Shown here: piece after piece, positions 53,464-63,180 of the stretch
How positions within the stretch are numbered: position 1 is the stretch's first letter
How the letters are laid out: the number at the start of each line of letters is the position of its first letter
Assembly (NCBI GenBank): GCA_012727535.1
Contig: JAAYGU010000104.1
Span: forward strand, 5,269 to 69,268
Source of the DNA: Bacillota bacterium
Lineage (GTDB): Bacteria > Bacillota > UBA4882 > UBA10575
DNA: 64,000 bases
Direction: 5' to 3'
Position numbers and translations under genes: made by a program
The notes under the pieces: generated by a model
What the model saw: only the letters and a program-made list of their open reading frames with translations
Databases searched by the model: none
Told to the model about the DNA's origin: nothing

Positions 53464-55128
53464 TTGCCAAAACAGAACAAGCTCTCCTTGATTCCGTTGG
53501 GTGGGTTAGGGGAGATCGGCAAGAATATGACGGTTGTTGAGTATAAAAACCAGATTATAGTGATTGATGCCGGAATAATGTTTCCCGAGGAGGAGATGCT
53601 CGGAATTGACCTGGTAATTCCCGATATAACCTATTTAGTCGAGAACAAAGAGAAGGTATTAGGGTTAATCTTGACGCATGGTCACGAAGATCATATCGGG
53701 GCTTTACCCTATGTCTTGCCTCAGTTAAATATACCAATTTATGGTTCGCGTTTAACTCTGGGGTTGGCGGAAGCCAAACTCCAGGAGCACGGTTTGGACC
53801 GTAAAGCGCGATTACACCCGGTTAACCCGGGAGATTCGGTTAAGATTGGCTCTTTTAAAGTCGATTTCATTAATGTTAACCATAGTATTGCGGGTGTCCT
53901 AGGTCTGGCGATCCATACGCCGGTCGGTACCATTGTACATACTGCGGATTTTAAAATCGACCATACCCCCGTTGACGGAGAACCATTAGATTTCCGGAAA
54001 TTTGCCGAACTGGGAGAAAAAGGAGTGTTGGTGCTTCTCTCAGACAGTACGAATGTGGAACGGGAAGGTTATACTGTATCGGAGCGGGTACTGGCGGAGA
54101 AGTTTGAAGAGCTTTTCCACCGGGCGGAAGGCCGTTTGATTGTTGCCACCTTCTCTTCAAACATTCACCGGGTTCAACAGGTTGTGAACGCAGCAATACT
54201 CCATAACCGTAAGGTAGCCTTTGTTGGCCGCAGTATGGTTAATGTCGTCTCGATCGCCAAGGAACTTGGCTATTTGCAGATCCCGGATGGGCTCGAGGTT
54301 GAATTAGATATGATTGACCGGCTGCCGGCGAACCAAGTCGCAATTGTGACCACCGGTAGTCAGGGCGAACCTTTGTCGGCACTTTCCCGGATGGCGACCG
54401 GGGAACACCGTAAAGTTGCGATTATGCCGGGTGATACGGTAATTATTTCAGCGTCGGCGATTCCCGGTAATGAGAAACTGATTGCGCGGACGATTAATCA
54501 TCTCTTTAAAAAGGGAGCGAATGTCGTTTACGAGAGTACGACGGGCGTGCACGTCTCCGGCCATGCCCGGCAGGAAGAGTTGAAACTGATGTTGAATCTG
54601 GTTAAACCAAAGTTTTTCCTCCCGGTGCACGGCGAATACCGGCATCTTGTTCAACATGCCAACTTGGCCCAAGAGATAGGCATCCCCAGTGAAAATGTGT
54701 TTATTGCCGAAAATGGCGATGTCTTGGAGTTTACCGCCAATACCGGACGGGTGGCGGGGAGAGTAACTGCCGGCCGGGTTTTTGTGGATGGTTTGGGTGT
54801 AGGCGATGTGGGCAGTGTGGTCCTGCGCGACCGTAAGCAACTTTCGCAAGACGGGATTTTGATTGCGGTGATTACGATCGATCGCGATAATGGTAAGATT
54901 TTGGCTGGTCCGGATATCATCTCCCGTGGTTTCGTTTATGTCCGGGAAGCGGAGTCCTTAATGGAAGAGGTACGGGGTAGAGTAAAAGTAGTGCTGGACA
55001 ATTGTCTTTCCCAAGAGAATTGTGATTGGTCGATGATGAAAGGAAGAGTCCGAGAAACGTTAAGTAAATTTCTTTACGAAAGGACAAAACGGCGTCCGAT
55101 GATTCTTCCGATTATTATGGAAGTTTAG
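53464..55128 (+). CDS. rnj: Ribonuclease J
   Basis: Metallo-beta-lactamase motif HGHEDHIG, beta-CASP and C-terminal domains. TTG 53464 follows GTGGAGGTG; GTG 53446 is an alternative start. Confidence 0.92.
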   Translation: MPKQNKLSLIPLGGLGEIGKNMTVVEYKNQIIVIDAGIMFPEEEMLGIDLVIPDITYLVENKEKVLGLILTHGHEDHIGALPYVLPQLNIPIYGSRLTLGLAEAKLQEHGLDRKARLHPVNPGDSVKIGSFKVDFINVNHSIAGVLGLAIHTPVGTIVHTADFKIDHTPVDGEPLDFRKFAELGEKGVLVLLSDSTNVEREGYTVSERVLAEKFEELFHRAEGRLIVATFSSNIHRVQQVVNAAILHNRKVAFVGRSMVNVVSIAKELGYLQIPDGLEVELDMIDRLPANQVAIVTTGSQGEPLSALSRMATGEHRKVAIMPGDTVIISASAIPGNEKLIARTINHLFKKGANVVYESTTGVHVSGHARQEELKLMLNLVKPKFFLPVHGEYRHLVQHANLAQEIGIPSENVFIAENGDVLEFTANTGRVAGRVTAGRVFVDGLGVGDVGSVVLRDRKQLSQDGILIAVITIDRDNGKILAGPDIISRGFVYVREAESLMEEVRGRVKVVLDNCLSQENCDWSMMKGRVRETLSKFLYERTKRRPMILPIIMEV

Positions 55129-55138
55129 CTGATTAATA

Positions 55139-55165
55139 CTCCCGCGGCGTCGGGAGGATTTTTTT
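55139..55165 (+). terminator. rnj terminator
   Basis: CTCCCG (55139-55144) pairs with CGGGAG (55151-55156), followed by a T7 run. Confidence 0.8.
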
Positions 55166-55255
55166 ATCTATTTATTTTCTTCTTGTGACGACTGAAGTAA
55201 AGAAGAAACGTAAAGCCTGTGTTGGTTAGACAATCAACATGAAGGAGGGGGAAGC

Positions 55256-56125
55256 ATGTTTACAGAGCAGGTGAAACTGTACGGTGTTTTTGGGGACCCG
55301 GTGGCACACTCCCTTTCTCCCTACTTTCAAAATGAAGCTTTTCAGTTATTAGGGATTAACGGGCTGTATTTAAAATTCCGGATTACCGCAGAGCAGCTGC
55401 CAGCGGCCTTGGCGGCAGTTCGTTGTTTAGAATTTGGTGGGGTCAACATTACCATCCCCCATAAGGAGGCGGTCATCCCTTACTTGGACCGGTTGGAGGG
55501 TGATGCCAAATTAACCGGTTCGGTCAACACCATCTTACTGCGGAACAACGAGTTAATCGGGTATAGTACCGATGGGGAAGGATATCTTCTCTCCCTTCAT
55601 CATCAAGCAGGATTTAATCCAAAAGGAAAGACGGTAGTCCTCTTAGGAGTGGGTGGAGCAGCCCGGGCGCTTGCTTTCCGGTTGGTGCAGGAGGAGATCG
55701 CTGCCCTCTATCTGGTCGGGCGGGACCGGAAAAAAATGGGCCGCCTCTCTCAAGCGCTCCGGGAAAAAACCGGTTTTTCTGCGAAAAGTGTTTTGTTTGG
55801 TACCGACCGGTTAAATATGATCGCGGCGCAGGCCGATCTGGTGGTGAATACTACTCCGCTGGGGATGTACCCGAGGACTGAACTTCTCCCGCCCTTCCCC
55901 TTGGAGGAATGCCCGCGGGATTGTTTGATCTCTGATTTGGTTTATCATCCGTTAACCACTACTTTTTTACGCCGAGCAGAGCGGCTGAAGCTTCCAACTT
56001 TAGGCGGTTTGGGGATGTTAGTGTATCAGGGTATTTTAGCCTGTCAAATCTGGACTGGTCAGACTCCGCCGTTTTCCCCATTATATCAATTACTGGAGGA
56101 CCTCCTTCAACAGGACAAGCAATGA
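55256..56125 (+). CDS. aroE: Shikimate dehydrogenase
   Basis: N-terminal motif YGVFGDPVAHSLSPYFQN, NVTIPHK, and the Rossmann motif GVGGAARA. Confidence 0.9.
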   Translation: MFTEQVKLYGVFGDPVAHSLSPYFQNEAFQLLGINGLYLKFRITAEQLPAALAAVRCLEFGGVNITIPHKEAVIPYLDRLEGDAKLTGSVNTILLRNNELIGYSTDGEGYLLSLHHQAGFNPKGKTVVLLGVGGAARALAFRLVQEEIAALYLVGRDRKKMGRLSQALREKTGFSAKSVLFGTDRLNMIAAQADLVVNTTPLGMYPRTELLPPFPLEECPRDCLISDLVYHPLTTTFLRRAERLKLPTLGGLGMLVYQGILACQIWTGQTPPFSPLYQLLEDLLQQDKQ

Positions 56126-56263
56126 AAAGATAGTTGCTTGAAGAACCTAAACATCTGGATCGAACTGCTAAGGATGGCAGGAAATACTTACCCCATCGCG
56201 AAATATGTAGTTGACCAATTGTCATCGATTAATGAAACAGGACTAACGAGAGGGTGCGTTGCG

Positions 56264-57964
56264 ATGAGCAGTGATCGTTTTGCCGGGAAACGACTTTGGA
56301 TCATTTTGTTGTTTTCCCTTTTTACTCTCCTTTTTTCGTTATTAGGAACAGGGCAAGAGCTTACCCTTTCGGAAGTTGATCTTAATGAGACCGGACTAAG
56401 GGAGACATTGAGAAGTTTTGCCAGGACCGGTGGTTTTCAGATCTTATTGGATTCGACTGTTCAAGGGAGTGTAACTTTAAAACTTAAGCCGGGACTGTCA
56501 GCGCAAAAGGCGATTGAGTTGTTATCGCAGCTCTACGGCTATCAATGCCGGTGGGAAGGGCGAACGGCGCTGGTGGGGCATGAAGCAAAGGGTGCCGGTC
56601 GAGGCGAGATGAAAACCCGAGTCTATTCTTTACAGCATGAGCCGACTGACCAGATCTTCGAGGCCTTGGAGGTAGTGGTGCCGACGGAACGGATCACCTT
56701 CGATCCAGCAACTCGGCAGATAACAGTCACTGCTGATGCTTTAGAAGATGAAAACCTGCGCGAGATCATTGCCCGCTTTGATCGGGAGGCGGTTAGTTAC
56801 TTAATTGACGTGAAAATAGCGGAGTTGGACCGGAAGGCCGTCATTGAAAAAGGGTTATTATGGCCGTTACCAGGTTCTTCGGCTGAATCATCCTTTCGCA
56901 TTTCGACTTTAAAGACCGACCCCCTGTCCGTACTGGATGATCAGGATCTCTATTGGGTCCTCAGTGCTCATCAGCTTTATACCGAGCATGGGAAGGCCAG
57001 CTCTACCTTTGTGGGAGAGCAGTATCCAGTGATTACTTCACGGCCCGGTGAAAAGATGGATTTACTTGAATACAAAAAAGTGGGGGTTGAAATTGGAGTT
57101 ACCCCCTATACTGAAGAGCAAGGAATGGTTACCCTCGCTCTGAACCTTGAGGTTAGTGGTCTGCCCGATGGAGAGAAAGCGGCTGGTCGGCAAGTGGCGC
57201 CGGTGATTAAAAACAATAAGTTAAAATCAATTCGGGGATTGAAGGACGGGGAAACTTGTGTCATTTCCGGGATTGACTTCACCAGCCGAAGCTCTACCCG
57301 GGAGCAGGGGGAAGGGCCGCCGAAAGATAAAGTGGTCTGTCTTTTCCTGACGCCGCGTTTGGTAACTGACGGTCTAAAGGCAGAATTAAAAAATGTTCAA
57401 GTAACCGGGTTGGGGGATGGGAGCGCCAAGGCCGGTTTGGCCAGTAGCCAACTGCCGGCTACTCCCGAGGTTGTTCAGCTCACCATTACCGGCCAAAGCG
57501 AGGCAGTTGCTGGTACGGAACTTCCTTCAGGTGAGGTGTTAACGGAAGTGGTTGGTCTACCCAAGCCTAGTGAGGTCCAAACTAGAGCGGAGGAGCCGGT
57601 CCCGGAACGCAGGGAAGAAAGTAACGCCGTGGCCTTACGGGTAGCGTATCGCGTAAGTAAAGGGGATACTGTTTTTTCGATTGCCCGTAAATATGGGGTT
57701 GACCCGGCGCTTATTTTGGCGGAAAATCAATTAAGTGCTTCCAGTATTTTAAGTATTGGCCAGATATTACGGATTCCGATTCGCCAAAACCAATTGTATC
57801 AGTTACAACCGAAGGAGACTTTATGGCGAATCGCTCAACGTTACGGTACGACGGTTGAGATCTTGATGGAGATCAACAGTATTGATGATGTTACGACCCT
57901 ACGGACCGATCAGGTGATCATTTTACCGGTTTCGGTCGATCGAGTAGTAAATGACCAATACTAG
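56264..57964 (+). CDS. Secretin-family protein (STN/N0, N1, secretin core) with two C-terminal LysM domains
   Basis: Secretin core: LIDVKIAELD, WVLSAHQLYT, LEYKKVGVEIGVTPY, LNLEVSGL, PVIKNNKLKSIRGLKDGETCVISGI. LysM domains: YRVSKGDTVFSIARKYGV and YQLQPKETLWRIAQRYGT. ATG 56264 is preferred over the ORF-track start. Confidence 0.7.
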   Translation: MSSDRFAGKRLWIILLFSLFTLLFSLLGTGQELTLSEVDLNETGLRETLRSFARTGGFQILLDSTVQGSVTLKLKPGLSAQKAIELLSQLYGYQCRWEGRTALVGHEAKGAGRGEMKTRVYSLQHEPTDQIFEALEVVVPTERITFDPATRQITVTADALEDENLREIIARFDREAVSYLIDVKIAELDRKAVIEKGLLWPLPGSSAESSFRISTLKTDPLSVLDDQDLYWVLSAHQLYTEHGKASSTFVGEQYPVITSRPGEKMDLLEYKKVGVEIGVTPYTEEQGMVTLALNLEVSGLPDGEKAAGRQVAPVIKNNKLKSIRGLKDGETCVISGIDFTSRSSTREQGEGPPKDKVVCLFLTPRLVTDGLKAELKNVQVTGLGDGSAKAGLASSQLPATPEVVQLTITGQSEAVAGTELPSGEVLTEVVGLPKPSEVQTRAEEPVPERREESNAVALRVAYRVSKGDTVFSIARKYGVDPALILAENQLSASSILSIGQILRIPIRQNQLYQLQPKETLWRIAQRYGTTVEILMEINSIDDVTTLRTDQVIILPVSVDRVVNDQY

Positions 57965-57986
57965 AGAATGGTGGTGTAAAATCACA

Positions 57987-58271
57987 ATGAAGAACTTTGC
58001 GGAAGACGTCATCATTGAGGTTTTTGAGGAGATAAAAAACGTTAACCCCGATTTTTGTAAATGTGAGAAATGCCGACGTGATGTGATTGCCCTCGCCTTA
58101 ACTAAGATTAGGGGCCGGTACGCGTGTAGCCCGGAAGGGGAGATTTTTGCCCGGGTGGAACAGTCCGATCGGCAGGTGAGGGCTGATGCGCTCTTTGCTG
58201 TTATGGAAGCCTTGGAGATCGTGACCAAATATCCGCATCATTCCGAGGATGATAGTTTGTCAAAAAAGTAA
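57987..58271 (+). CDS. ComFB-domain (late competence development) protein
   Basis: Cys-rich motif DFCKCEKCRRDVIALALTKIRGRYA. The start is either 57987 or 57951. Confidence 0.65.
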   Translation: MKNFAEDVIIEVFEEIKNVNPDFCKCEKCRRDVIALALTKIRGRYACSPEGEIFARVEQSDRQVRADALFAVMEALEIVTKYPHHSEDDSLSKK

Positions 58272-58297
58272 TACATTGTGGTTGATGGGGGAGTAAG

Positions 58298-59512
58298 ATG
58301 CGCTTTTTAACTTCCGGTGAATCTCATGGCCAGGCGTTGGTTGCGGTGATCGAAGGTTTTCCTGCTCAGGTTAGAATAACCAAGGAAGAGATCGATCGCG
58401 AGCTCGCCCGGCGACAGATGGGCTATGGACGCGGGGGACGAATGAAGATCGAATCTGATCAAGTAGAGATCCTTTCCGGAGTACGGCAGGGGTTAACCAT
58501 TGGTAGCCCGATTTGCTTACAGATTTCGAACCGGGACTGGGTGAACTGGTCTTCAGTTATGGCACCGTTTCACCAGTCCATACCGGAGGAGGTTGTGATT
58601 AAAGAAGATCCCCGCCTCCCGAAATTGACGACGGTAGTTACCGTACCACGCCCTGGTCATGCTGACCTGAGTGGAGCTTTAAAGTATGGTTTTACTGATC
58701 TACGTAATATTATCGAACGCGCGAGTGCGCGGGAGACGAGCGCCCGGGTAGGGGTTGGCGCTTTCGCGAAACAGTTGTTGAAAGAGTTCGGGATTCGCAT
58801 TGGCAGTTATGTTCTTTCGATCGGGAAGGCGGGGACCGGACCGGTTCAACCATTGACCCCTGACCAGCAGGAGCAGGTTGACCAGTCACCGGTGCGGGCC
58901 TTTCCTCCGGAAGCGGCGGAGGAGATGATCCGCATGATTGATCAAGCCCGCCAGAACCAGGAAACACTGGGGGGAACATTTGTGGTCTATGCAACTGGTT
59001 TATTACCCGGACTCGGTTCTCATGTCCACTGGGATCGGCGGTTAGACGGACGCCTGGCTCAGGCGGTCATGAGTATTCCTGCGATCAAGGGTGTCGGGTT
59101 TGGTGCCGGTTTTAAAACGGCGGCTTTTCCCGGTTCTCAGGTGCAGGATCCGATTACGTATTCGCCGGAAATTGGTTTTCGGCGGACCGGGAATAACGCG
59201 GGCGGAATTGAAGGGGGAATGACGAACGGAGAACCCCTCGTTTTGACCGCGGTGATGAAGCCGATTCCTACGTTATATCAAGGTTTGCCAAGCGTTGATC
59301 TTAAAACTCTGGAACCAACAAGGGCGGGTGCGGAACGTTCTGATTTGACAGCGGTTCCGGCAGCCGGAGTAGTAGCGGAAGCGATGGTTGCTTGGGTTTT
59401 AGCCGAGGCTGTGCTCGAGAAATTTGGGGGCGATTCGCTTCCCGAAATTAAACAAGCTTGGCTTGGCTATCGGGAGGGATTGCGTGGAAAAGCAAAAGGG
59501 GGTAAGTGCTAA
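58298..59512 (+). CDS. aroC: Chorismate synthase
   Basis: N-terminus MRFLTSGESHGQALVAVIEGFPA, plus GRMKIE, RPGHAD and SARETS. Confidence 0.95.
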   Translation: MRFLTSGESHGQALVAVIEGFPAQVRITKEEIDRELARRQMGYGRGGRMKIESDQVEILSGVRQGLTIGSPICLQISNRDWVNWSSVMAPFHQSIPEEVVIKEDPRLPKLTTVVTVPRPGHADLSGALKYGFTDLRNIIERASARETSARVGVGAFAKQLLKEFGIRIGSYVLSIGKAGTGPVQPLTPDQQEQVDQSPVRAFPPEAAEEMIRMIDQARQNQETLGGTFVVYATGLLPGLGSHVHWDRRLDGRLAQAVMSIPAIKGVGFGAGFKTAAFPGSQVQDPITYSPEIGFRRTGNNAGGIEGGMTNGEPLVLTAVMKPIPTLYQGLPSVDLKTLEPTRAGAERSDLTAVPAAGVVAEAMVAWVLAEAVLEKFGGDSLPEIKQAWLGYREGLRGKAKGGKC

Positions 59513-60035
59513 TATTTTCCTGATCGGGATGATGGGTAGCGGTAAGACGACAGTTGGGAAACTGCTCGCCGAGCATCTGGACAGGGAGTTTATCGATACG
59601 GACCAGATGATTACGGAACAAACAGGGCTGACCATCCCTGTTATTTTTAAAGAAAAAGGAGAGCAATACTTTCGCCGGTTGGAACAAGAAGTGATCGCCG
59701 GGGTGGCCCGACGGAGGGGGGTGGTCGTGGCCACCGGTGGAGGTGCTATAATTGTACGGAAAAATCGCCAGGTATTGAAGGAGAATGGCCTGGTTTTTTA
59801 TTTAAGGGTAGCAGCGCGGGTGTTGGCCGAGAGAGTGGGTGCCGGTGAGGGACGACCGCTGTTGGCTGGGAAGAGGCTGGTTACGGAGTTGGAGAAGTTG
59901 TTGGCGGTCAGAGAAGAGTATTACCAGGAAACAGCGGATGTGGTGCTGGAGACCGATGAGCTGATAACGGAGGAAGTGGTGGAGGCGATTATTAAGGAGT
60001 GTAGGAGTAGAGGGGTCTTGGGAGGGTGGCTCTGA
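59484..60035 (+). CDS. aroK: Shikimate kinase
   Basis: P-loop NIFLIGMMGSGKTTVGK. In-frame GTG 59484 follows CGGGAGGGA and overlaps the end of aroC. Confidence 0.88.
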   Translation: MEKQKGVSANIFLIGMMGSGKTTVGKLLAEHLDREFIDTDQMITEQTGLTIPVIFKEKGEQYFRRLEQEVIAGVARRRGVVVATGGGAIIVRKNRQVLKENGLVFYLRVAARVLAERVGAGEGRPLLAGKRLVTELEKLLAVREEYYQETADVVLETDELITEEVVEAIIKECRSRGVLGGWL

Positions 60036-60042
60036 AGGGCAC

Positions 60043-60283
60043 GATGAAGCGATGAGTGATGAGGATCGAGATTATTTGCCGGATGATCGGCAGGCGGCGT
60101 GGAAAACTTCGTAGAGCTGCGTTCTAGGTGCGAGCGGTGCTCGATATACGCGAGTATTATCTGCGCTCCGTCCTCCCTTGCACCTTGCTCTACTTGCTTC
60201 TCCCGCCGCGAGTCGAATCTGGGAGAAATCTGCCGACCCTCCGGCAAGGTGCTGCCCGGCTAGGTAAATGCTTGCCAAAGAGG
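60043..60283 (+). repeat. Copy C of the recurrent structured intergenic element, inside the aro operon
   Basis: The 5' arm 60076-60093 pairs with the 3' arm 60230-60247 at 16/18 positions. By hand count, about 76 of 88 core positions are identical to copy B. It lacks the tail hairpin. Confidence 0.8.
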
Positions 60284-60290
60284 TCGTTCA

Positions 60291-60400
60291 CTACGAGTAA
60301 TGAACGACGAGGGGTAGTTGAACACGAGCGTGCACAACGAGCGGAGAACTGTTAATAGCGTGTGTGAAACCGAACGACGAGCTGCGAGTGCGAGGAGGGA
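60291..60400 (+). promoter_or_regulatory. ACGAG-rich / GAR-heptad leader module abutting the aroB SD
   Basis: Six ACGAG motifs, ending in CGAACGACGAGCTGCGAGTGCGAGGAGGGA. GAA/GAG triplets at 60372, 60379, 60386, 60392 and 60395. Confidence 0.5.
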
Positions 60401-60406
60401 CAACAG

Positions 60407-61513
60407 ATGGGGGTTGAACGGGAGCTCCGGGTGAAGGCTGGGACTCAGGAGTATCCAATATTTTTAGGGACTGATCTCTTGGTCAAGAGTGGTAAGCTTC
60501 TACAAGCGGAAGGTTTAAAGGAAAAGGTGCTGGTGGTAACCAACCCAACAGTGGCCGGGTTGTACCTTGACTTATTGCTGCAGGGACTTCAGCGGGAAGG
60601 CTTTAAGCCGCAGGTGGTAATGATTCCCGATGGGGAGGAGTATAAGCAGCTTGCTCAGTTGGAACAGGTATATGATGCGGCGGTGGCGGCCCGTTTAGAA
60701 CGTGATTCGACCATCATGGCGCTTGGGGGCGGCGTGATCGGAGATTTAGCCGGTTTAGCGGCGGCTACTTATTTGCGAGGGGTACAGTTCGTGCAGGTTC
60801 CTACGACGCTGCTGTCGCAGGTAGATAGTTCAATCGGGGGGAAAGTAGCAGTTAATCACCGGGAAGGAAAGAATCTGATCGGCGCTTTTTATCAACCAAG
60901 AGTGGTGATCAGCGATCTGAATGTTATTTCTACCCTGGACGAGCGGGAGTTTAAATCAGGCCTAGCCGAGATAATTAAAGCCGGGTTGATCGGAGATCCG
61001 GTTCTTTACGATCTACTATTAACAGAAAAAGCTGCGATAAAAGCCCGGGCGGCTGATGCTTTATTAAGCGTTATTGAACTTGCTTGCCGGTTTAAAGCGC
61101 GGGTGGTCGAGGCGGATCTTTTTGAACACGGGGGACGGGCGGTGTTAAACTACGGACATACGATTGGCCATGCCTTGGAAGCGGAGACTGTTTACAGTGA
61201 TTATCGTCATGGTGAGGCGGTTGCCATCGGGATGAGGGGAGCTGCCTTTCTCAGTGAGGAGCTAGGTCTTTGCCCACCGGAGATAAGCCGGAAAACCACA
61301 GAACTTTTGCAGATCTATAATCTACCGCAAAACTTGCCGGAGATTCCGGCTGCGCGTCTACTGGCGCGTATGGAAATGGATAAGAAAATCAAGGAAGGGA
61401 AGCTCCGTTTCGTCCTGACCAAAGGGATCGGCGAGGCAGTGCTGAAAGACGATCTCCAGCCGGAGTTGCTCACTAAGGTGTTATGGCGGCTGGGAGCGGG
61501 GAGGGGAGAATAA
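60407..61513 (+). CDS. aroB: 3-dehydroquinate synthase
   Basis: [44 protein letters not shown], plus metal ligands in NYGHTIGHA. Confidence 0.95.
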   Translation: MGVERELRVKAGTQEYPIFLGTDLLVKSGKLLQAEGLKEKVLVVTNPTVAGLYLDLLLQGLQREGFKPQVVMIPDGEEYKQLAQLEQVYDAAVAARLERDSTIMALGGGVIGDLAGLAAATYLRGVQFVQVPTTLLSQVDSSIGGKVAVNHREGKNLIGAFYQPRVVISDLNVISTLDEREFKSGLAEIIKAGLIGDPVLYDLLLTEKAAIKARAADALLSVIELACRFKARVVEADLFEHGGRAVLNYGHTIGHALEAETVYSDYRHGEAVAIGMRGAAFLSEELGLCPPEISRKTTELLQIYNLPQNLPEIPAARLLARMEMDKKIKEGKLRFVLTKGIGEAVLKDDLQPELLTKVLWRLGAGRGE

Positions 61514-61518
61514 AAAGG

Positions 61519-61968
61519 ATGAAAATTTTGGTGCTTCACGGACCTAACCTCAATCTCTTGGGAAAACGCGAACCGGAGATTTATGGGCGGACCACGCTGG
61601 AAGAGATCAATGCACAACTCTTAGCGTTAGCCAAGGAATTAAATGTAGAGTTGAAGATGGTACAGACTAACCATGAAGGAGTAATGGTTGAGCAAATTCA
61701 ACAAGCCGCCGAAGATTGTCAGGGAATTTTGATCAATCCGGCGGCTTACACCCATACGAGTGTGGCGATCCGGGATGCGTTAGCCGCGGTTAACTTACCG
61801 ACAATCGAGGTTCATCTCAGCAATATCTATGCCCGTGAGGAGTTTAGGAGAGTCTCGCTTTCCGCTCCAGTCGTAACCGCTCAAATCTGCGGCTTAGGAG
61901 CCGAAGGGTATCTTTGGGGATTAAAAGCCCTGGTGCAAATGGTCCGGCAGGAATCCAGATTTAAGTAG
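61519..61968 (+). CDS. aroQ: Type II 3-dehydroquinate dehydratase
   Basis: [33 protein letters not shown] and EVHLSNI. Confidence 0.93.
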   Translation: MKILVLHGPNLNLLGKREPEIYGRTTLEEINAQLLALAKELNVELKMVQTNHEGVMVEQIQQAAEDCQGILINPAAYTHTSVAIRDALAAVNLPTIEVHLSNIYAREEFRRVSLSAPVVTAQICGLGAEGYLWGLKALVQMVRQESRFK

Positions 61969-62060
61969 GGTTTTAGCGTTATTTTATTTTAACAAGTTAT
62001 TATGCTTCACTAAAGTTAACCTCATATTAATTTAAACTTTCATGAAGATGGCATAAAATG

Positions 62061-62078
62061 AATTTAAACGTATAAATT
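62061..62078 (+). promoter_or_regulatory. LacI-type palindromic operator O1 upstream of the lacI-family gene
   Basis: AATTTAAACGTATAAATT has 16 of 18 positions self-complementary around a central CG. Confidence 0.5.
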
Positions 62079-62115
62079 GACTTCAAGTTTTGCCTTTAGG
62101 TTAAGGAGATCAGTC

Positions 62116-63129
62116 ATGGAAAAAACAAAAAAGCCCTCTAGTAAGGATGTAGCCAGGGAGGCTGGAGTTTCTCAGGCGACCGTCTCCTATGTGCTTAATA
62201 ATGTTCCCGGTGTTAAGATCAAAGCGGAGACTAGAGAAGCAGTACTGGCGGCAGCCCGGAAATTAAATTATTATCCGAATGAGATTGCCCGGAGTATGCG
62301 TTTAAAGAGGGCAATGTCGATTGGCATTGTCTCCGATAAAGACGTTTCGAACTTCCGGTTTATGAGAATCTTAGAGGGGATTAAGGATGCGCTTCTTCCG
62401 AAAAATTACTCCATTACCCTCTGTTTTGATAAACAGAACGGCCCGATTGCACAGGCCGAGTCGGTCCGGTATTACTGCTCGAACCGCATTGAGGGGATTA
62501 TTTTTGTCTATTCGGAATTGAGGGATGAGGATTATCTCTACTTACATGAAAAGAAGATCCCCTTTGTCGTTATTAATTCTCATCAGAAACATTCATTGAG
62601 CAACCAGGTGAAAAACGATATGGAACAGGCACTGATTACAGCGCTGCAAAGTCTGAAGCATGCTGGGAAAAAGGAAGTGGCCTTTTTAGGGTTGAGGGAT
62701 CGGAATCCTTTAGACCGGCGCTTTCGGGGATATTTAAAAGCGTTGGAAGCTTGTGCCCTTCCGATGGAAGAACGCCTGTATATGCGGGTGCCCGGCAAGG
62801 CAGAGCAGATTGAAACCTTTCTTGAGACCTATTACACGGTGCATAAAAGTCTTCCTATGGCCATCTTATGTGAAAGTTCGGGTATTGGTTTTCGGCTGTT
62901 ACGCTTTGCGGCGAGAAAGGGGGTGTCGGTTCCGGAGCAACTATCCGTCATTGCCATCGGCACTTCCCGTTTCAGTTCATTATCATACCCTTCTTTGTCA
63001 ACAATTGAAAATCCCCTGTATGAGATGGGTTATACCGGATGTCAATTACTCTTCAATTTGATTGAAGGAAAACCTACGCAAAGCATCATCACCCTCGAAT
63101 GGAGGTTTGTTCCCAGAGAATCGAGCTAA
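62116..63129 (+). CDS. LacI family transcriptional regulator
   Basis: HTH segment SKDVAREAGVSQATVSYVLNN plus a periplasmic-binding-protein-like core. Confidence 0.88.
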   Translation: MEKTKKPSSKDVAREAGVSQATVSYVLNNVPGVKIKAETREAVLAAARKLNYYPNEIARSMRLKRAMSIGIVSDKDVSNFRFMRILEGIKDALLPKNYSITLCFDKQNGPIAQAESVRYYCSNRIEGIIFVYSELRDEDYLYLHEKKIPFVVINSHQKHSLSNQVKNDMEQALITALQSLKHAGKKEVAFLGLRDRNPLDRRFRGYLKALEACALPMEERLYMRVPGKAEQIETFLETYYTVHKSLPMAILCESSGIGFRLLRFAARKGVSVPEQLSVIAIGTSRFSSLSYPSLSTIENPLYEMGYTGCQLLFNLIEGKPTQSIITLEWRFVPRESS

Positions 63130-63180
63130 CAAAGAAGCTTGATTGGTAAAAAGAAAAGGATGTTGATTTACCGCAAATAA

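Noticed and set aside
60128-60355. A 75-aa plus-strand ORF across copy C and the ACGAG module.
   Set aside because: It has no SD and lies entirely in repeat sequence. Copy B has no equivalent frame.
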